Source: an uncultured bacterium (GTDB lineage Bacteria; Planctomycetota; UBA1135; GCA-002686595). Taken from it: 64,000 nt of DNA. A model generated the notes under the pieces. The model made no database searches, was not told the origin of the DNA, and worked only from the letters and a program-made list of their open reading frames with translations. This document shows positions 49,303 through 58,977 of the stretch, piece after piece. The translations under genes were made by a program, and so were the position numbers. Location of the stretch: positions 512,001 through 576,000 of the forward strand of contig CALSNU010000002.1 of NCBI GenBank assembly GCA_943787795.1, written 5' to 3'. How positions within the stretch are numbered: the stretch's first letter is position 1; the number at the start of each line of letters is the position of its first letter.

Positions 49303-50448
49303 ATGCGTATCGGGATCCTCTGTCACCCCACCTACGGCGGCTCCGGCGTCGTGGCGAGCGAGCTCGCCCTGTCCCTCGCGGAGAACGACCACCGGGTGCA
49401 CCTGTTCTCGCACGACATGCCCCCACGCCTCGCGCGGGCCCCGGGCCCCGTCGAGGTGCACGTGGCCCAGGGCAGCCCCTACCCCCTCTTCCACTCCACG
49501 CCCCACGACCTCGCGATCATGTCGAGGGTTCTGGACCTCCATCGCAGCGAGGGGCTCGACGTGCTCCACGCTCACTACGCGCTCCCCCATGCCGTCAGCG
49601 CGCTCCAGGTTCGCTCGGCAGCCGTCGAGGCTGGGCTCGAGCCGCTGAAGGTGGTGACCACCCTGCACGGAACGGACATCACCCTTGTGGGAAACGACCC
49701 GAGCTACGCGCCGCTCACGCGCTACGCCATCGCGGCCTCGGACGCGGTGACGGCGGTCTCGGAGGACCTGCGGCAGCGCACGACGGATAACTTCGACGGC
49801 GTCCCGCCCTGTGGGATCGAGGTGATCCCGAACTTCGTGGACCTCGAGGAGTTCTGCCCTGGCGCGCCACGCTCGGCGCGGCCGACGGCTGTTCACGTGA
49901 GCAACTTCCGAAAGGTGAAGCGTGTCCCGTGGCTCGTCGAGGCCTTCGCCATGGCCCTCGAGCAGCTCGCCGCCCGCGGCGCCAACGCCGACGCCGAGCT
50001 CATCCTGGTGGGGGATGGGCCGCAGCTGGGCGAGGCGCGACGCGTCGCCCAGCAGCGCAACCTCGAGGGACATGTGAAGTTCCTCGGACTTCGAGACGCT
50101 CTCCCAGACCTCCTCAGCCCGGCCGACGCCTTCTGCGTGGCGAGCACCGAGGAGTCCTTCGGGCTCTCCGCACTCGAGGCCATGGCCTGCGGCACGGCCG
50201 TCATCGGGACGTGCGTCGGGGGCCTACCCGAGGTGGTCGAGGACGGCGTGTCGGGGCTGCTCTCGCCCGTCGAGGACCTGGAGGGGTTCGCCGGGCACCT
50301 CGCCTCCGTCCTCGAGGACCGGGAGCGCTCGGCCGCCATGGGCGCGGCGGCACGGGAACGCGCCATGGGCATGTTCGACCGCCGCCGGGTCGTCCGGCTC
50401 TACGAGCAGCTGTACCGGCGGCTGATCAACGGCGACTGCGACCGCTGA
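49303..50448 (+). CDS. bshA: N-acetyl-alpha-D-glucosaminyl L-malate synthase BshA (GT4)
   Basis: MRIGILCHPTYGGSGVVASEL, HAHYALPHA, TTLHGTDITLVG, HVSNFR.VKR, ESFGLSALEAMACG. Confidence 0.93.
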   Translation: MRIGILCHPTYGGSGVVASELALSLAENDHRVHLFSHDMPPRLARAPGPVEVHVAQGSPYPLFHSTPHDLAIMSRVLDLHRSEGLDVLHAHYALPHAVSALQVRSAAVEAGLEPLKVVTTLHGTDITLVGNDPSYAPLTRYAIAASDAVTAVSEDLRQRTTDNFDGVPPCGIEVIPNFVDLEEFCPGAPRSARPTAVHVSNFRKVKRVPWLVEAFAMALEQLAARGANADAELILVGDGPQLGEARRVAQQRNLEGHVKFLGLRDALPDLLSPADAFCVASTEESFGLSALEAMACGTAVIGTCVGGLPEVVEDGVSGLLSPVEDLEGFAGHLASVLEDRERSAAMGAAARERAMGMFDRRRVVRLYEQLYRRLINGDCDR

Positions 50449-50454
50449 GGGGCC

Positions 50455-51594
50455 ATGAATCGCATCCACCTGGACTACAACGCCACCACCCCCCTGCGCC
50501 CTGAGGCCAGAGAGGCGCTCCTCGGGGCCGTGGACGGAGGGCTGGGCAACGCGTCGAGCGTCCACGGCGCGGGCCGCCGGGGCCGCGCGGCGGTGGATGA
50601 GGCCCGTGAGCGAGTCGCGGCCGCACTCGAGGTGCCAGAGGACAGCGTGGTCTTCACCAGCGGCGGAACCGAGTCCAACAACCTGGCCATCTTTGGCGCC
50701 CTCCGGGCCGGCCCCGCCGACATGTGCCTGGTGACCTCGACCATCGAGCACGCCGCCGTTCAGGGTCCCGCCCTCCACCTCGAGTCCCGCTCGCGCGAGG
50801 TGCGCTGGATCGGGGTCGACGCGCAGGGCGCCCTCGACCTGGACGCCCTCGGAGCGGCGGTCGCCGGCCGCCCTGCGCTGGTGTCCGTGATGGGCGCCAA
50901 CAACGAGATCGGCTCGACGACCGATCTGCGAGAGGTCCGGGCCAGAATCGGAGAGGACGGAGTTTTCCACAGTGATGTCGTGCAGTTGCTGGGCAAGAAA
51001 CACCTCGACCTGACGGGGTCTGGCGTCGACCTCGCGAGCCTCTCTGCCCACAAGGTTGGAGGCCCCATCGGCGTAGGAGTTCTCTTCCGCCGACCCGGCG
51101 CGCCCATCGCCCCGACGACCTTCGGCGGCTCCCAGGAGGCCGAGCTTCGCCCGGGCACAGAGAACGTCCCCGCGATCGCCGCTGCGGCCGTGGCGATCGA
51201 GCTCGCCGTGAAGGAGACCGAGGCCTTCCAGCGCGAGACCAGCCGCCTCACGGCGCTCCTGTGGGATGGCCTGCGCTCCAAGGTCCCGGGCATGAGCCTC
51301 AACGGCCCCCCCATTGAGGACCCGACCCGACTTCCCAACACCGTCAATGTCTCGGCTCCTGCGGGCGACGCGCGGACCCTCGTCGCACGCCTCGACCTCG
51401 CGGGGCTGGAGGTCTCCGCCGGCTCTGCCTGCGCGAGCGGCTCGCTCGAACCATCCCACGTGCTCAGCGCCCTCGCTATTGACCCCGAGCGCGCGAGGAG
51501 CGGCCTCCGGCTGTCCCTCGGCAAGGCCTCCCTGGAGCAAGATATCCACACCTGTGTGGAGCGTTTGGGGAGAACTTTGGGGGGAGCGCCGTAA
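50455..51594 (+). CDS. Cysteine desulfurase (NifS/IscS group I)
   Basis: LDYNATTP, GNASS.H, FTSGGTESNN, SAHK PLP lysine, SAGSACASG catalytic Cys. Confidence 0.93.
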   Translation: MNRIHLDYNATTPLRPEAREALLGAVDGGLGNASSVHGAGRRGRAAVDEARERVAAALEVPEDSVVFTSGGTESNNLAIFGALRAGPADMCLVTSTIEHAAVQGPALHLESRSREVRWIGVDAQGALDLDALGAAVAGRPALVSVMGANNEIGSTTDLREVRARIGEDGVFHSDVVQLLGKKHLDLTGSGVDLASLSAHKVGGPIGVGVLFRRPGAPIAPTTFGGSQEAELRPGTENVPAIAAAAVAIELAVKETEAFQRETSRLTALLWDGLRSKVPGMSLNGPPIEDPTRLPNTVNVSAPAGDARTLVARLDLAGLEVSAGSACASGSLEPSHVLSALAIDPERARSGLRLSLGKASLEQDIHTCVERLGRTLGGAP

Positions 51595-51651
51595 GTCTCG
51601 GTTCTCCACCGCCGCCCAAGGTCTCAGGGGACACCTGAGCGACCGGAGCCG

Positions 51652-51680
51652 TTGACGGGTTCTTGAATCGCGCGTGTAAT
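51652..51680 (+). promoter_or_regulatory. Putative sigma-70 promoter of dnaA
   Basis: TTGACG-N17-TGTAAT about 170 bp upstream of the dnaA ATG; DnaA-box-like sites at 51542-51610 just upstream. Confidence 0.6.
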
Positions 51681-51849
51681 CAGGGGCCGCGACCCAGGTC
51701 CGCACTCGGCGTCCCCACCGCCCCGCACCGAGGTCCCGGGCCCCGCCCCCCCTGCCCCCTGCCCCGCTCGCTGTCGGGCAAGCGGGCGCCCTTCCCCCCT
51801 CACGCCGCCTGCTCGCGGCCTGCCGCAAGGCATCGTTCGCACCGCACGG

Positions 51850-53499
51850 ATGGACGACTCCACCCTTAACACCAGCTTGCCCCCTGCACGGGAGGAGCTC
51901 CCCCAACGGCCGAGCGCCCGGGTTGTCCGGACCGCCTCCCCGCGGCCGGAGCGAGCCGAAGGTTCCGGGCGAGGCCTGTTCGACGCCGAGGAGGCGCCAG
52001 CGCCCCCTGAAGCCACGGGGGCCGTGGCCGAGGGAGAGCAGGTCGAACACCTCGCCAACAGCCTCCGAGACGCCCTCGTGGCAGCCCTCGCGCCCGAGCA
52101 GTTTCAGACCTGGTTCAAGCGGTCGAAGCTCATTCGAATCGACGACGAGAGCGCGGTGATCGCCGTCCCGAACAGCTTTGCGAAGGAGTGGATCGCGAAG
52201 TACTACCTCGACGTCCTGCAGCGCGCCGTGGACTCCATCCTCGGCGCCGACCGGCAGGTGGTCCTCGTCGAGCAGCCGGAGAGCCTCGTGGTGGAGTCGG
52301 CCCCCAGGGACCGCGACGAGGCGAGCACTGGTCCGGCGGCGGCCCCTCGGGAGGGCGCCGGCGGCGGAGATGCCCGGGGGCCCGAGGCCGCGCCACTGGC
52401 GGCACCTGCGGCCCCGGCGCGTCGCGAACAGCAGCCGATTCGCCGCAGCCAACTGGACGCCGCCAGCGACTTCGTCCTGAACCCCAAGTGCACCTTCGAG
52501 AGCTTCGTCGTCGGCCCCTGCAACCGCTTCGGGCACGCCGCCTCGCTGGGCGCAGCCGAACAGCCGGGCAAGTCCTACAACCCCCTCTTCCTCCACGGCC
52601 GGGTGGGCGTGGGCAAGACGCACCTGCTCCAGGCCTTCTGCTACTCCGTCCTCGATCGGTTCCCCGACTCTCGCATCCTCTACCTGTCCTGCGAGACGTT
52701 CGTGAACCACTTCATCGACGCCCTCGAGAACGGCGACATGATGTCCTTCCGGGATAAGTACCGGAACATCGACGTGCTCGTCGTGGACGACATCCAGCTG
52801 CTCGCCAACAAGGAGCGGACCCAGGAGGAGTTCTTCCACACCTTCAACTCGCTCTACAACGCGGGCAAGCAGATCGTCCTCTCCTCGGACAGCCCGCCGA
52901 AGGACATCCCGACCCTGCAGGACCGGCTCGTCTCACGCTTCAAGTGGGGCATGGTCACCGAGATCGAGCCCCCGTGCTTCGAGACCCGCATGGCGATCGT
53001 GAAGCGCAAGGCTCGCGAGCGCGGCACCGAGCTCCCCGACGATGTCGCGCAGTTCATCTCCGAGAACATCGAAGAGAACGTCCGCGAGCTGGAGGGCGCG
53101 GTGACCCGCCTCTTCGGGTACACGCGACTGACCAACGCGAAGATCTCCGTGGACCTCGCGAGAGAGGCCCTCGCGGGCCTGATCGAGGTGCGCGCGGGCG
53201 TTCCCACCGTCGACGACATCATCTCGCTGGTCACCGAGCACTATCAGGTCAAGCTCTCCGAGCTTCAGTCCAAGAGGCGCACCAAGGCCATCGCCTTCCC
53301 CCGACAGGTCGCCATGTACCTGTCTCGAAAGGTCACGCGACACTCCCTCGAGGAGGTCGGGGGCTTCTTCGGCGGCCGAGACCACACGACGGTGCTCTAC
53401 GCCGTGGAGAAGATCGAGAAGGAGATCGCCGCCGACCGAGAGTTCTCCCGGCGCATCCAGCACTTCCTCGACCGCCTCGGGACTGGTGGGCGCTCCTGA
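51850..53499 (+). CDS. dnaA: Chromosomal replication initiator DnaA
   Basis: F.TWF domain I, LNPK.TFESFVVG, YNPLFLHG..G.GKTHL, DDIQ, TQEEFFHTFN, RLVSRF.WG, NVRELEG, RQVAMYL, GGRDHTTV; exact start uncertain. Confidence 0.97.
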   Translation: MDDSTLNTSLPPAREELPQRPSARVVRTASPRPERAEGSGRGLFDAEEAPAPPEATGAVAEGEQVEHLANSLRDALVAALAPEQFQTWFKRSKLIRIDDESAVIAVPNSFAKEWIAKYYLDVLQRAVDSILGADRQVVLVEQPESLVVESAPRDRDEASTGPAAAPREGAGGGDARGPEAAPLAAPAAPARREQQPIRRSQLDAASDFVLNPKCTFESFVVGPCNRFGHAASLGAAEQPGKSYNPLFLHGRVGVGKTHLLQAFCYSVLDRFPDSRILYLSCETFVNHFIDALENGDMMSFRDKYRNIDVLVVDDIQLLANKERTQEEFFHTFNSLYNAGKQIVLSSDSPPKDIPTLQDRLVSRFKWGMVTEIEPPCFETRMAIVKRKARERGTELPDDVAQFISENIEENVRELEGAVTRLFGYTRLTNAKISVDLAREALAGLIEVRAGVPTVDDIISLVTEHYQVKLSELQSKRRTKAIAFPRQVAMYLSRKVTRHSLEEVGGFFGGRDHTTVLYAVEKIEKEIAADREFSRRIQHFLDRLGTGGRS

Positions 53500-54224
53500 G
53501 CCCCAACCGCAGCGCTCGAGCGGCCCCGTTCCCGGGCCGCAGCCAGGCCGCCGTCAGAGCCCTTGCTCTGCCGGCGGCTTTGCTGTTCCAGGACGCCTTG
53601 CTCGCGGCGCCCGCCCCCCGCTTGGCGTTGTGGACAGCTCTGGGGAAGAGCTGTCGAAAGGACCTTGGCCGACCGTGCACCAGCGCACCTCTTGGGTGGA
53701 GTGTTGTGGGCCTCTCGGGGAACAAGTCGGTGAGCCATTGTGAGTAGGTCGGGGAGTCTGGTCGCCCGCATCTCCTCCCCCGGGGGCCCCTGTTGATAGG
53801 CGTGGACAAGCGTCCCGTTTTCCACCGCCGCCCCACCGGCTCGCCCGCACTCCCCACATCCCAACCAAGCCCATAAGCCGCCAAATCAAAATGACTTAGG
53901 TCGCCCATCGCGGCGCTTTGAACGATAGACAGGGGCCCCTATTAAGACGAAGATATCAATACAGGAGAGAGGCCTGGAAAACCTGTCCTCCCGCCTGTGA
54001 TGCGCGCCTCTTGGCCGCTCCGCATCTCCCGCACGAACCCCTGACCTGGGTCGCTGACCCTGGCGACGACAGGCGTCTGACCCTTCGGGCCGCCTGTCGT
54101 CCGAAGACTCCTCTGCCACGGACCTCGTGCAGGCACTTGCAGCGCGTCACCGGTGCGCTCCACCCCACCCCTCGCTTCTTCGTCCCGGGCCACCCCGGGG
54201 GCGCAACAAGGAACAAGATCAATC
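53500..54224. other. oriC: Replication origin oriC (dnaA-dnaN intergenic)
   Basis: 725-bp non-coding gap with DnaA-box-like 9-mers (TGTGGACAG 53629, TGGGGAAGA 53641, TGTTGATAG 53791, CGTGGACAA 53801, TTTTCCACC 53818) and a relatively AT-rich tract at 53883-53963. Confidence 0.8.
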
Positions 54225-55325
54225 ATGAAGGCCACCTGCGATCGAGACGCTCTGCGTGAGGGACTCGCCATCATCTGCGGCGTCATCCCGACCAAGAGCC
54301 CCAAGCCGATCCTCTCCAACGTCTGCCTCGTCGCGACCGACGACTTGGTCGAGCTCGTGGGCACAGACCAGGAGGTCTCGGTTCGCTTCAAGCTCGACAA
54401 GGTCGACGTCGCCGAGCCGGGCCCCGTCGTGATCCCGGCTCGGACCGCCTTCGACTTCGTCCGCGATCTCTCGGGCGAGACCGTCACGATCTCCACGGAT
54501 GAGTCTCGCTGCACCATCACAAGCGGTGAGGACTCCTGTGAGCTCGTTGTGGCCGATGTGGACGAATTCCCGGTGGTTCCCCGCTTTGACGACCAGGGTT
54601 CCGTCAGCGTCCAGGGAGGGAGCTTCTCGCGCCTTGTGGGAAGGACCGCCTTCGCAGCGGCTCGTGAGCCCGGGCGCTACGCCATGCACGGCGTGCTGAC
54701 CGAGCTCGACAACGACCAGCTGCGGCTCGTGGCCACGGACGGTCGGCGCCTCTCCATGGCATCGATCCCCGTTGAGATGGCGGGCGCGGAGAAGACCAGC
54801 GCCATCATCCCCACCAAGGGCATGCAGCTCTTCTGCCGGGTGATCCCCGACCCTCTCGACCAGATCCGTCTCTCGCTCAAGGATGGCCAGGTGGGCCTGC
54901 GCTCGAAGAACGCCGAGATCTTCGCCCGGCTGATCGACGGGGACTTCCCCCAGTACTCCGCCGTGATCCCCGCGGAGTGCGGCAACGCCATCGAGGCCGA
55001 CGCAGAGCAGTTCACGCGCAAGCTCCGGCTGGTCTCCAACGTCTCGGGTGACGAGACCCGCGCCGTTCGCTTCCGGGTGAAGGGCGAACAACTCGAGCTG
55101 TTTGGCCACTCCGCTGATCGGGGTGAGGCCACAGCTCACATGGAGGTTGCATTCAAGGGCGAGGAGGCGGAGATCGCCTTCAACGCGGATTACGTCCTCG
55201 ATGGCCTGAAGAATGGCGCTCCCGAGCGCGTGATCCTCGAGTTCGGTCAGAAGACCAGCCCGGGCAAGTTCACGCTTGGAGAGAACCACATCTACATCGT
55301 CATGCCCATCACGCTGGACGCCTGA
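54225..55325 (+). CDS. dnaN: DNA polymerase III beta sliding clamp
   Basis: PILSNV, GTD.E, G...IPA, EFP, RYAMHGV, VATDGRRL, RLIDGDFP.Y..VIP, IAFNADY, YIVMPI. Confidence 0.96.
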   Translation: MKATCDRDALREGLAIICGVIPTKSPKPILSNVCLVATDDLVELVGTDQEVSVRFKLDKVDVAEPGPVVIPARTAFDFVRDLSGETVTISTDESRCTITSGEDSCELVVADVDEFPVVPRFDDQGSVSVQGGSFSRLVGRTAFAAAREPGRYAMHGVLTELDNDQLRLVATDGRRLSMASIPVEMAGAEKTSAIIPTKGMQLFCRVIPDPLDQIRLSLKDGQVGLRSKNAEIFARLIDGDFPQYSAVIPAECGNAIEADAEQFTRKLRLVSNVSGDETRAVRFRVKGEQLELFGHSADRGEATAHMEVAFKGEEAEIAFNADYVLDGLKNGAPERVILEFGQKTSPGKFTLGENHIYIVMPITLDA

Positions 55326-55332
55326 GTCCGAG

Positions 55333-55713
55333 ATGGCTGCCGCTCGTCGCCGCCCCTCCCGGCGCCGGGGACGCTCCGGGCGACCGGGACGAACCGGCGC
55401 TGAGCCCGAACGCGGGCTACTGATGCCGCTCGGCGACGCCCTCAAAGAATACCTCGATGATTCCCGTGTCCTGCAGCGCAAGAAGGCCGGTCCGGCCCTC
55501 GCTGCCTGGGACGCGGCCGTTGGTCCGGACCTCTCCAGCCGCGCCACCGCGGTCTCGTTCCGGCGCGGCGAACTGATCATCGAAGTCGACAACTCATCCC
55601 TGCTCTCCGAGCTCCGGGGGTTCGCCTCCGAAGACCTACGAACGCGCGCGGACGCCCTCCTCGAGGGCGCCACGATTCGCAAGCTCTCCTTCAAGTTGAA
55701 ACGCCGCTCATGA
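55333..55713 (+). CDS. dciA: DUF721/DciA family protein (helicase operator)
   Basis: W...VG.......T.......G.L.IEV..S....EL motif; position between dnaN and gyrB. Confidence 0.8.
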   Translation: MAAARRRPSRRRGRSGRPGRTGAEPERGLLMPLGDALKEYLDDSRVLQRKKAGPALAAWDAAVGPDLSSRATAVSFRRGELIIEVDNSSLLSELRGFASEDLRTRADALLEGATIRKLSFKLKRRS

Positions 55714-58157
55714 GCGACATGGACCAGACCGCCGACGCCGCCAGCCCGACCTACGGCGCAGACTCGATCACCATCCTCGAGGGCCTCGAGGCCGTTCGGG
55801 TTCGTCCCGCGATGTACATCGGGGACACGGATACCCGGGGTCTCCACCACCTCATCTGGGAGGTTGTGGACAACGCGGTGGATGAGGCGCTCGCCGGTCA
55901 CGCCAGCCACTGCCGAGTCATCCTCCGGGCGGACGGCTCGGTCTCCGTCGAGGATGACGGCCGGGGCATTCCCGTGAGTATGCACCCGACCGAGGGCGTC
56001 CCCGCCGTCGAGGTCGTGCTCACCAAGCTCCACGCCGGCGGCAAGTTCGATGACCAGGCTTACAAGGTCTCCGGCGGCCTCCATGGCGTCGGCGTCTCCT
56101 GCGTCAACGCGCTCTCGACGCTGCTCACCGTTCAGGTGCACAAGGACGGCGAGGTCCACGAGATGTCGTTCGAGCGCGGCGACAAGTCCACCGACCTGGC
56201 GGTCGTCGGCACGACCGACCGCACCGGGACCACGGTGACCTGGTTCGCCGACCCGGAGATCTTCTCCACCACCGAGATCGAGTACGACGTCGTCGAGAAG
56301 CGGCTTCGGGAGACGGCCTACCTGATGGGCACGCGAGGCCTTCGGATCGAGCTCGAGGATGAGCGCACGGGCGCCTCCGAGGTCTTCGAGTATCCCGACG
56401 GACTGAAGACCTTCGTCACCCACATCAACAAGAACAAGTCGGTCCTCCACGACGGCGTCGTTCACTTCTCGAAGGCGGTTCCCTCCACCGATGACCCGGG
56501 CGCCGAGTACGAGGTAGAGCTCGCGCTCCAATACTCGGACTCCTATCAGGAGAACGTCTTCACGTTCGTCAACAACATCAATACGCACGGCGGAGGCACG
56601 CACCTCGCCGGCCTCCGCGGCGCGATCTCGAGGACCCTCGGCGCCTATGCACGCGCCGGTAAGCTGGTCAAGGAGAACCAGGACCTGCCCTCTGGCGACG
56701 ACTGGCGTGAGGGGCTCACCGCCGTGCTCTCTCTGAAGGTCCCCGACCCTCAGTTCGAGGGACAGACCAAGGACAAGCTCGGCAACCGCGAGGCCCAGGG
56801 GATCGTGGAAGCCGCGGTCAACGACCTCTTCGGGACCTACCTCGAGGAGAACCCGGGACCGGCCAAGTCGATCGTCGGCAAGGCCGTGCGGGCCAAGGAG
56901 GCGCGCGACGCAGCGCGCAAGGCGCGCGACCTCGTGCGGCGCAAGTCCGCGCTGGCCAGCGGCAACCTGCCCGGCAAGCTCGCGGACTGTCAGAGCAAGA
57001 ACCGCGACGAGACCGAGATCTACATCGTCGAGGGTGACTCGGCCGGCGGGCCGGCCAAGCAGGGCCGGGACCGGCGCTATCAGGCGATCCTCCCGATCAA
57101 GGGCAAGATCCTGAACGTCGAGAAGGCGCGCCTCGACAAGATGCTCGGGCACCAGGAGATCCAGCTGATCATCTCGGCGCTCGGCACGGGCATCGGCGCC
57201 GAGTTCGACATCGAGAAGCTGCGCTACGGCAAGATCATCATCATGACGGACGCTGATGTGGATGGCTCCCACATCCGCACGCTGCTCCTGACGTTCTTCT
57301 TCCGGCAGATGCCGGAGACCATCGAGCGGGGCCACCTCTACATCGCGCAGCCGCCTCTCTACAAGCTGACGGTGGGCAAGAAGAGCCAGTACATCGTCGA
57401 CGACCCCTCGCTCCGCAAGGCGTTGCTCGAGCGTGGTGTGGAGCAGATCACCGTCGAGGATCGTGCCGCCAAGAAGGAGTGGACCGGCGCAGAACTGAAG
57501 ATGCTCTTGGATCAACTCCAGGAGCTTCAGAACCTCGTGGACGGGGCCGTCCCGGCCTGGTCAGAGACGACGTTCACGGAGTTCCTCGAGCGCTGGGACG
57601 GGTCGAACCTGCGGCCCATTCACGCTGCGCGGGGGGCGAACGCGGAGTTCTTCAACACGAAGGAGGAGCTCGACCGTTGGCTTGAGCTCCAGGGGGTGGA
57701 CGGGGACCTGAAGGTCTATCGTGGCCCCGACAGCAACGTCCTCCGCCAGGACGCGGACGTCGTGGTGACCTTCCTCCGACAGCAGCAGGAGATCGAGGCT
57801 GTTCTCGGGTCCATCGCTGAGGGTGGCCTGCAGTTCCAGGGCGGCGGCAACTTCCTGGTCCGTACGTCGAAGGGTGCCGAGCAGGAGTGCGGGAACCTGA
57901 TGGACCTCGCGAAGGAGGTTCAGAAGGGAGCGCAGTCCGACGTGGACATCCAGCGCTACAAGGGCCTTGGTGAGATGAACCACGACCAGCTCTGGGAGTC
58001 GACCATGGACCCCACGACGCGAAGCCTCTACCAGGTGACGCTCGACGACGCCCTGGGGGCCGACGAGATCTTCACCATCCTGATGAGTGAGGGCGTCGAG
58101 GCCCGGCGCGAGTACATCGAGCAGCACGCCCTCGAGATCACCAACCTCGACGTCTGA
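55710..58157 (+). CDS. gyrB: DNA gyrase subunit B
   Basis: EGLEAVR.RP.MYIG, EVVDN, DDGRGIP, LHAGGKF, GGLHGVG, EGDSAGG, IMTDADVDGSHI, QRYKGLGEM; long insert in the TOPRIM domain. Confidence 0.97.
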   Translation: MSDMDQTADAASPTYGADSITILEGLEAVRVRPAMYIGDTDTRGLHHLIWEVVDNAVDEALAGHASHCRVILRADGSVSVEDDGRGIPVSMHPTEGVPAVEVVLTKLHAGGKFDDQAYKVSGGLHGVGVSCVNALSTLLTVQVHKDGEVHEMSFERGDKSTDLAVVGTTDRTGTTVTWFADPEIFSTTEIEYDVVEKRLRETAYLMGTRGLRIELEDERTGASEVFEYPDGLKTFVTHINKNKSVLHDGVVHFSKAVPSTDDPGAEYEVELALQYSDSYQENVFTFVNNINTHGGGTHLAGLRGAISRTLGAYARAGKLVKENQDLPSGDDWREGLTAVLSLKVPDPQFEGQTKDKLGNREAQGIVEAAVNDLFGTYLEENPGPAKSIVGKAVRAKEARDAARKARDLVRRKSALASGNLPGKLADCQSKNRDETEIYIVEGDSAGGPAKQGRDRRYQAILPIKGKILNVEKARLDKMLGHQEIQLIISALGTGIGAEFDIEKLRYGKIIIMTDADVDGSHIRTLLLTFFFRQMPETIERGHLYIAQPPLYKLTVGKKSQYIVDDPSLRKALLERGVEQITVEDRAAKKEWTGAELKMLLDQLQELQNLVDGAVPAWSETTFTEFLERWDGSNLRPIHAARGANAEFFNTKEELDRWLELQGVDGDLKVYRGPDSNVLRQDADVVVTFLRQQQEIEAVLGSIAEGGLQFQGGGNFLVRTSKGAEQECGNLMDLAKEVQKGAQSDVDIQRYKGLGEMNHDQLWESTMDPTTRSLYQVTLDDALGADEIFTILMSEGVEARREYIEQHALEITNLDV

Positions 58158-58311
58158 GGCGCGGCCCGCCCCGAGGGGCGAACGCGCCTAATTGCAAGAT
58201 TGTACGTTTGGGGTGGGTGGCTCCTGGGTCACCCCCAAACCGTTCAAGGCTCAGGCTCAAGGGGTCGATAAGCAACTCCAGTCCCGGGCCCCTCGTGGAC
58301 GGAGATCCCCC

Positions 58312-58977
58312 TTGAAGTATTCGCAACGACTGGACTACGCACGCCTCGCAGAGACCCTGCTCGAGCGAGGCCTCGTAGCCCCTGAGCCGGTTCGCGAGCT
58401 TCTCCAGCTGAGCCGCGAGGGCGGCATGGGGTTCTGTGAGGCGCTGGTGACCTCGAGCCTGGTGGCGGACTGGGAGCTCGCGCGGCTGATCAGCGAGACC
58501 TTCCAGCTCCCGTTCCTGCCGGTCGAGCTCCTGGTTCCCAACCCTGCAGCTCAGGAGGGGATCGACAAGGACTTTTTCATCCAACACAACCTCGTCCCCG
58601 TCGACACCTTCGGACAGATCCTCACGGTGGCGATGCCGGGCCTGGTGCCGGCCGAGGTCCTCGCGCAGGTCTCTGCGCACACGGACTACGAGGTGCTGCC
58701 CCTTGTCGGGTCAGTGGAATCGAACCGCCGCTGGGTCAGTGACAACCTCGAGGCTCGGGTGGTCCCCGAGCGTGAGGGCGGCTGGGGCTCGATCTTCGAC
58801 GAGGCTGACGCCGAGGTGTTGGCGGGCCTGGACGACGAGACCGGCTTTGTCGCGCCGGATCCGCTCCCGCTGGAGATGGGCGAGACGCTGGACCTCGGCT
58901 CGATCGAGGCCCAGGTCGTGGAGCCCAACGAGCTCCCCCCGATGCCGGAGTTCGGCGACGCTCAAGAGGGCCGCTAG
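58312..58977 (+). CDS. Stand-alone T2SSE_N/MshEN-like domain protein (no ATPase domain)
   Basis: RLAETLLERGLV...EALV....V...EL......FQLPF, LVP.......LTVAMP; TTG start with GGAG 7 nt upstream; acidic tail. Confidence 0.72.
   Translation: MKYSQRLDYARLAETLLERGLVAPEPVRELLQLSREGGMGFCEALVTSSLVADWELARLISETFQLPFLPVELLVPNPAAQEGIDKDFFIQHNLVPVDTFGQILTVAMPGLVPAEVLAQVSAHTDYEVLPLVGSVESNRRWVSDNLEARVVPEREGGWGSIFDEADAEVLAGLDDETGFVAPDPLPLEMGETLDLGSIEAQVVEPNELPPMPEFGDAQEGR

Noticed and set aside
55865..55873. TGTGGACAA DnaA box in gyrB
   Set aside because: Explained by the conserved EVVDN coding motif; isolated.
54219..57515. Very long antisense ORFs (also 373-2307, 7734-10571, 50224-52839 and others)
   Set aside because: Shadow frames opposite well-conserved genes; expected from GC3 bias; no recognisable motifs.
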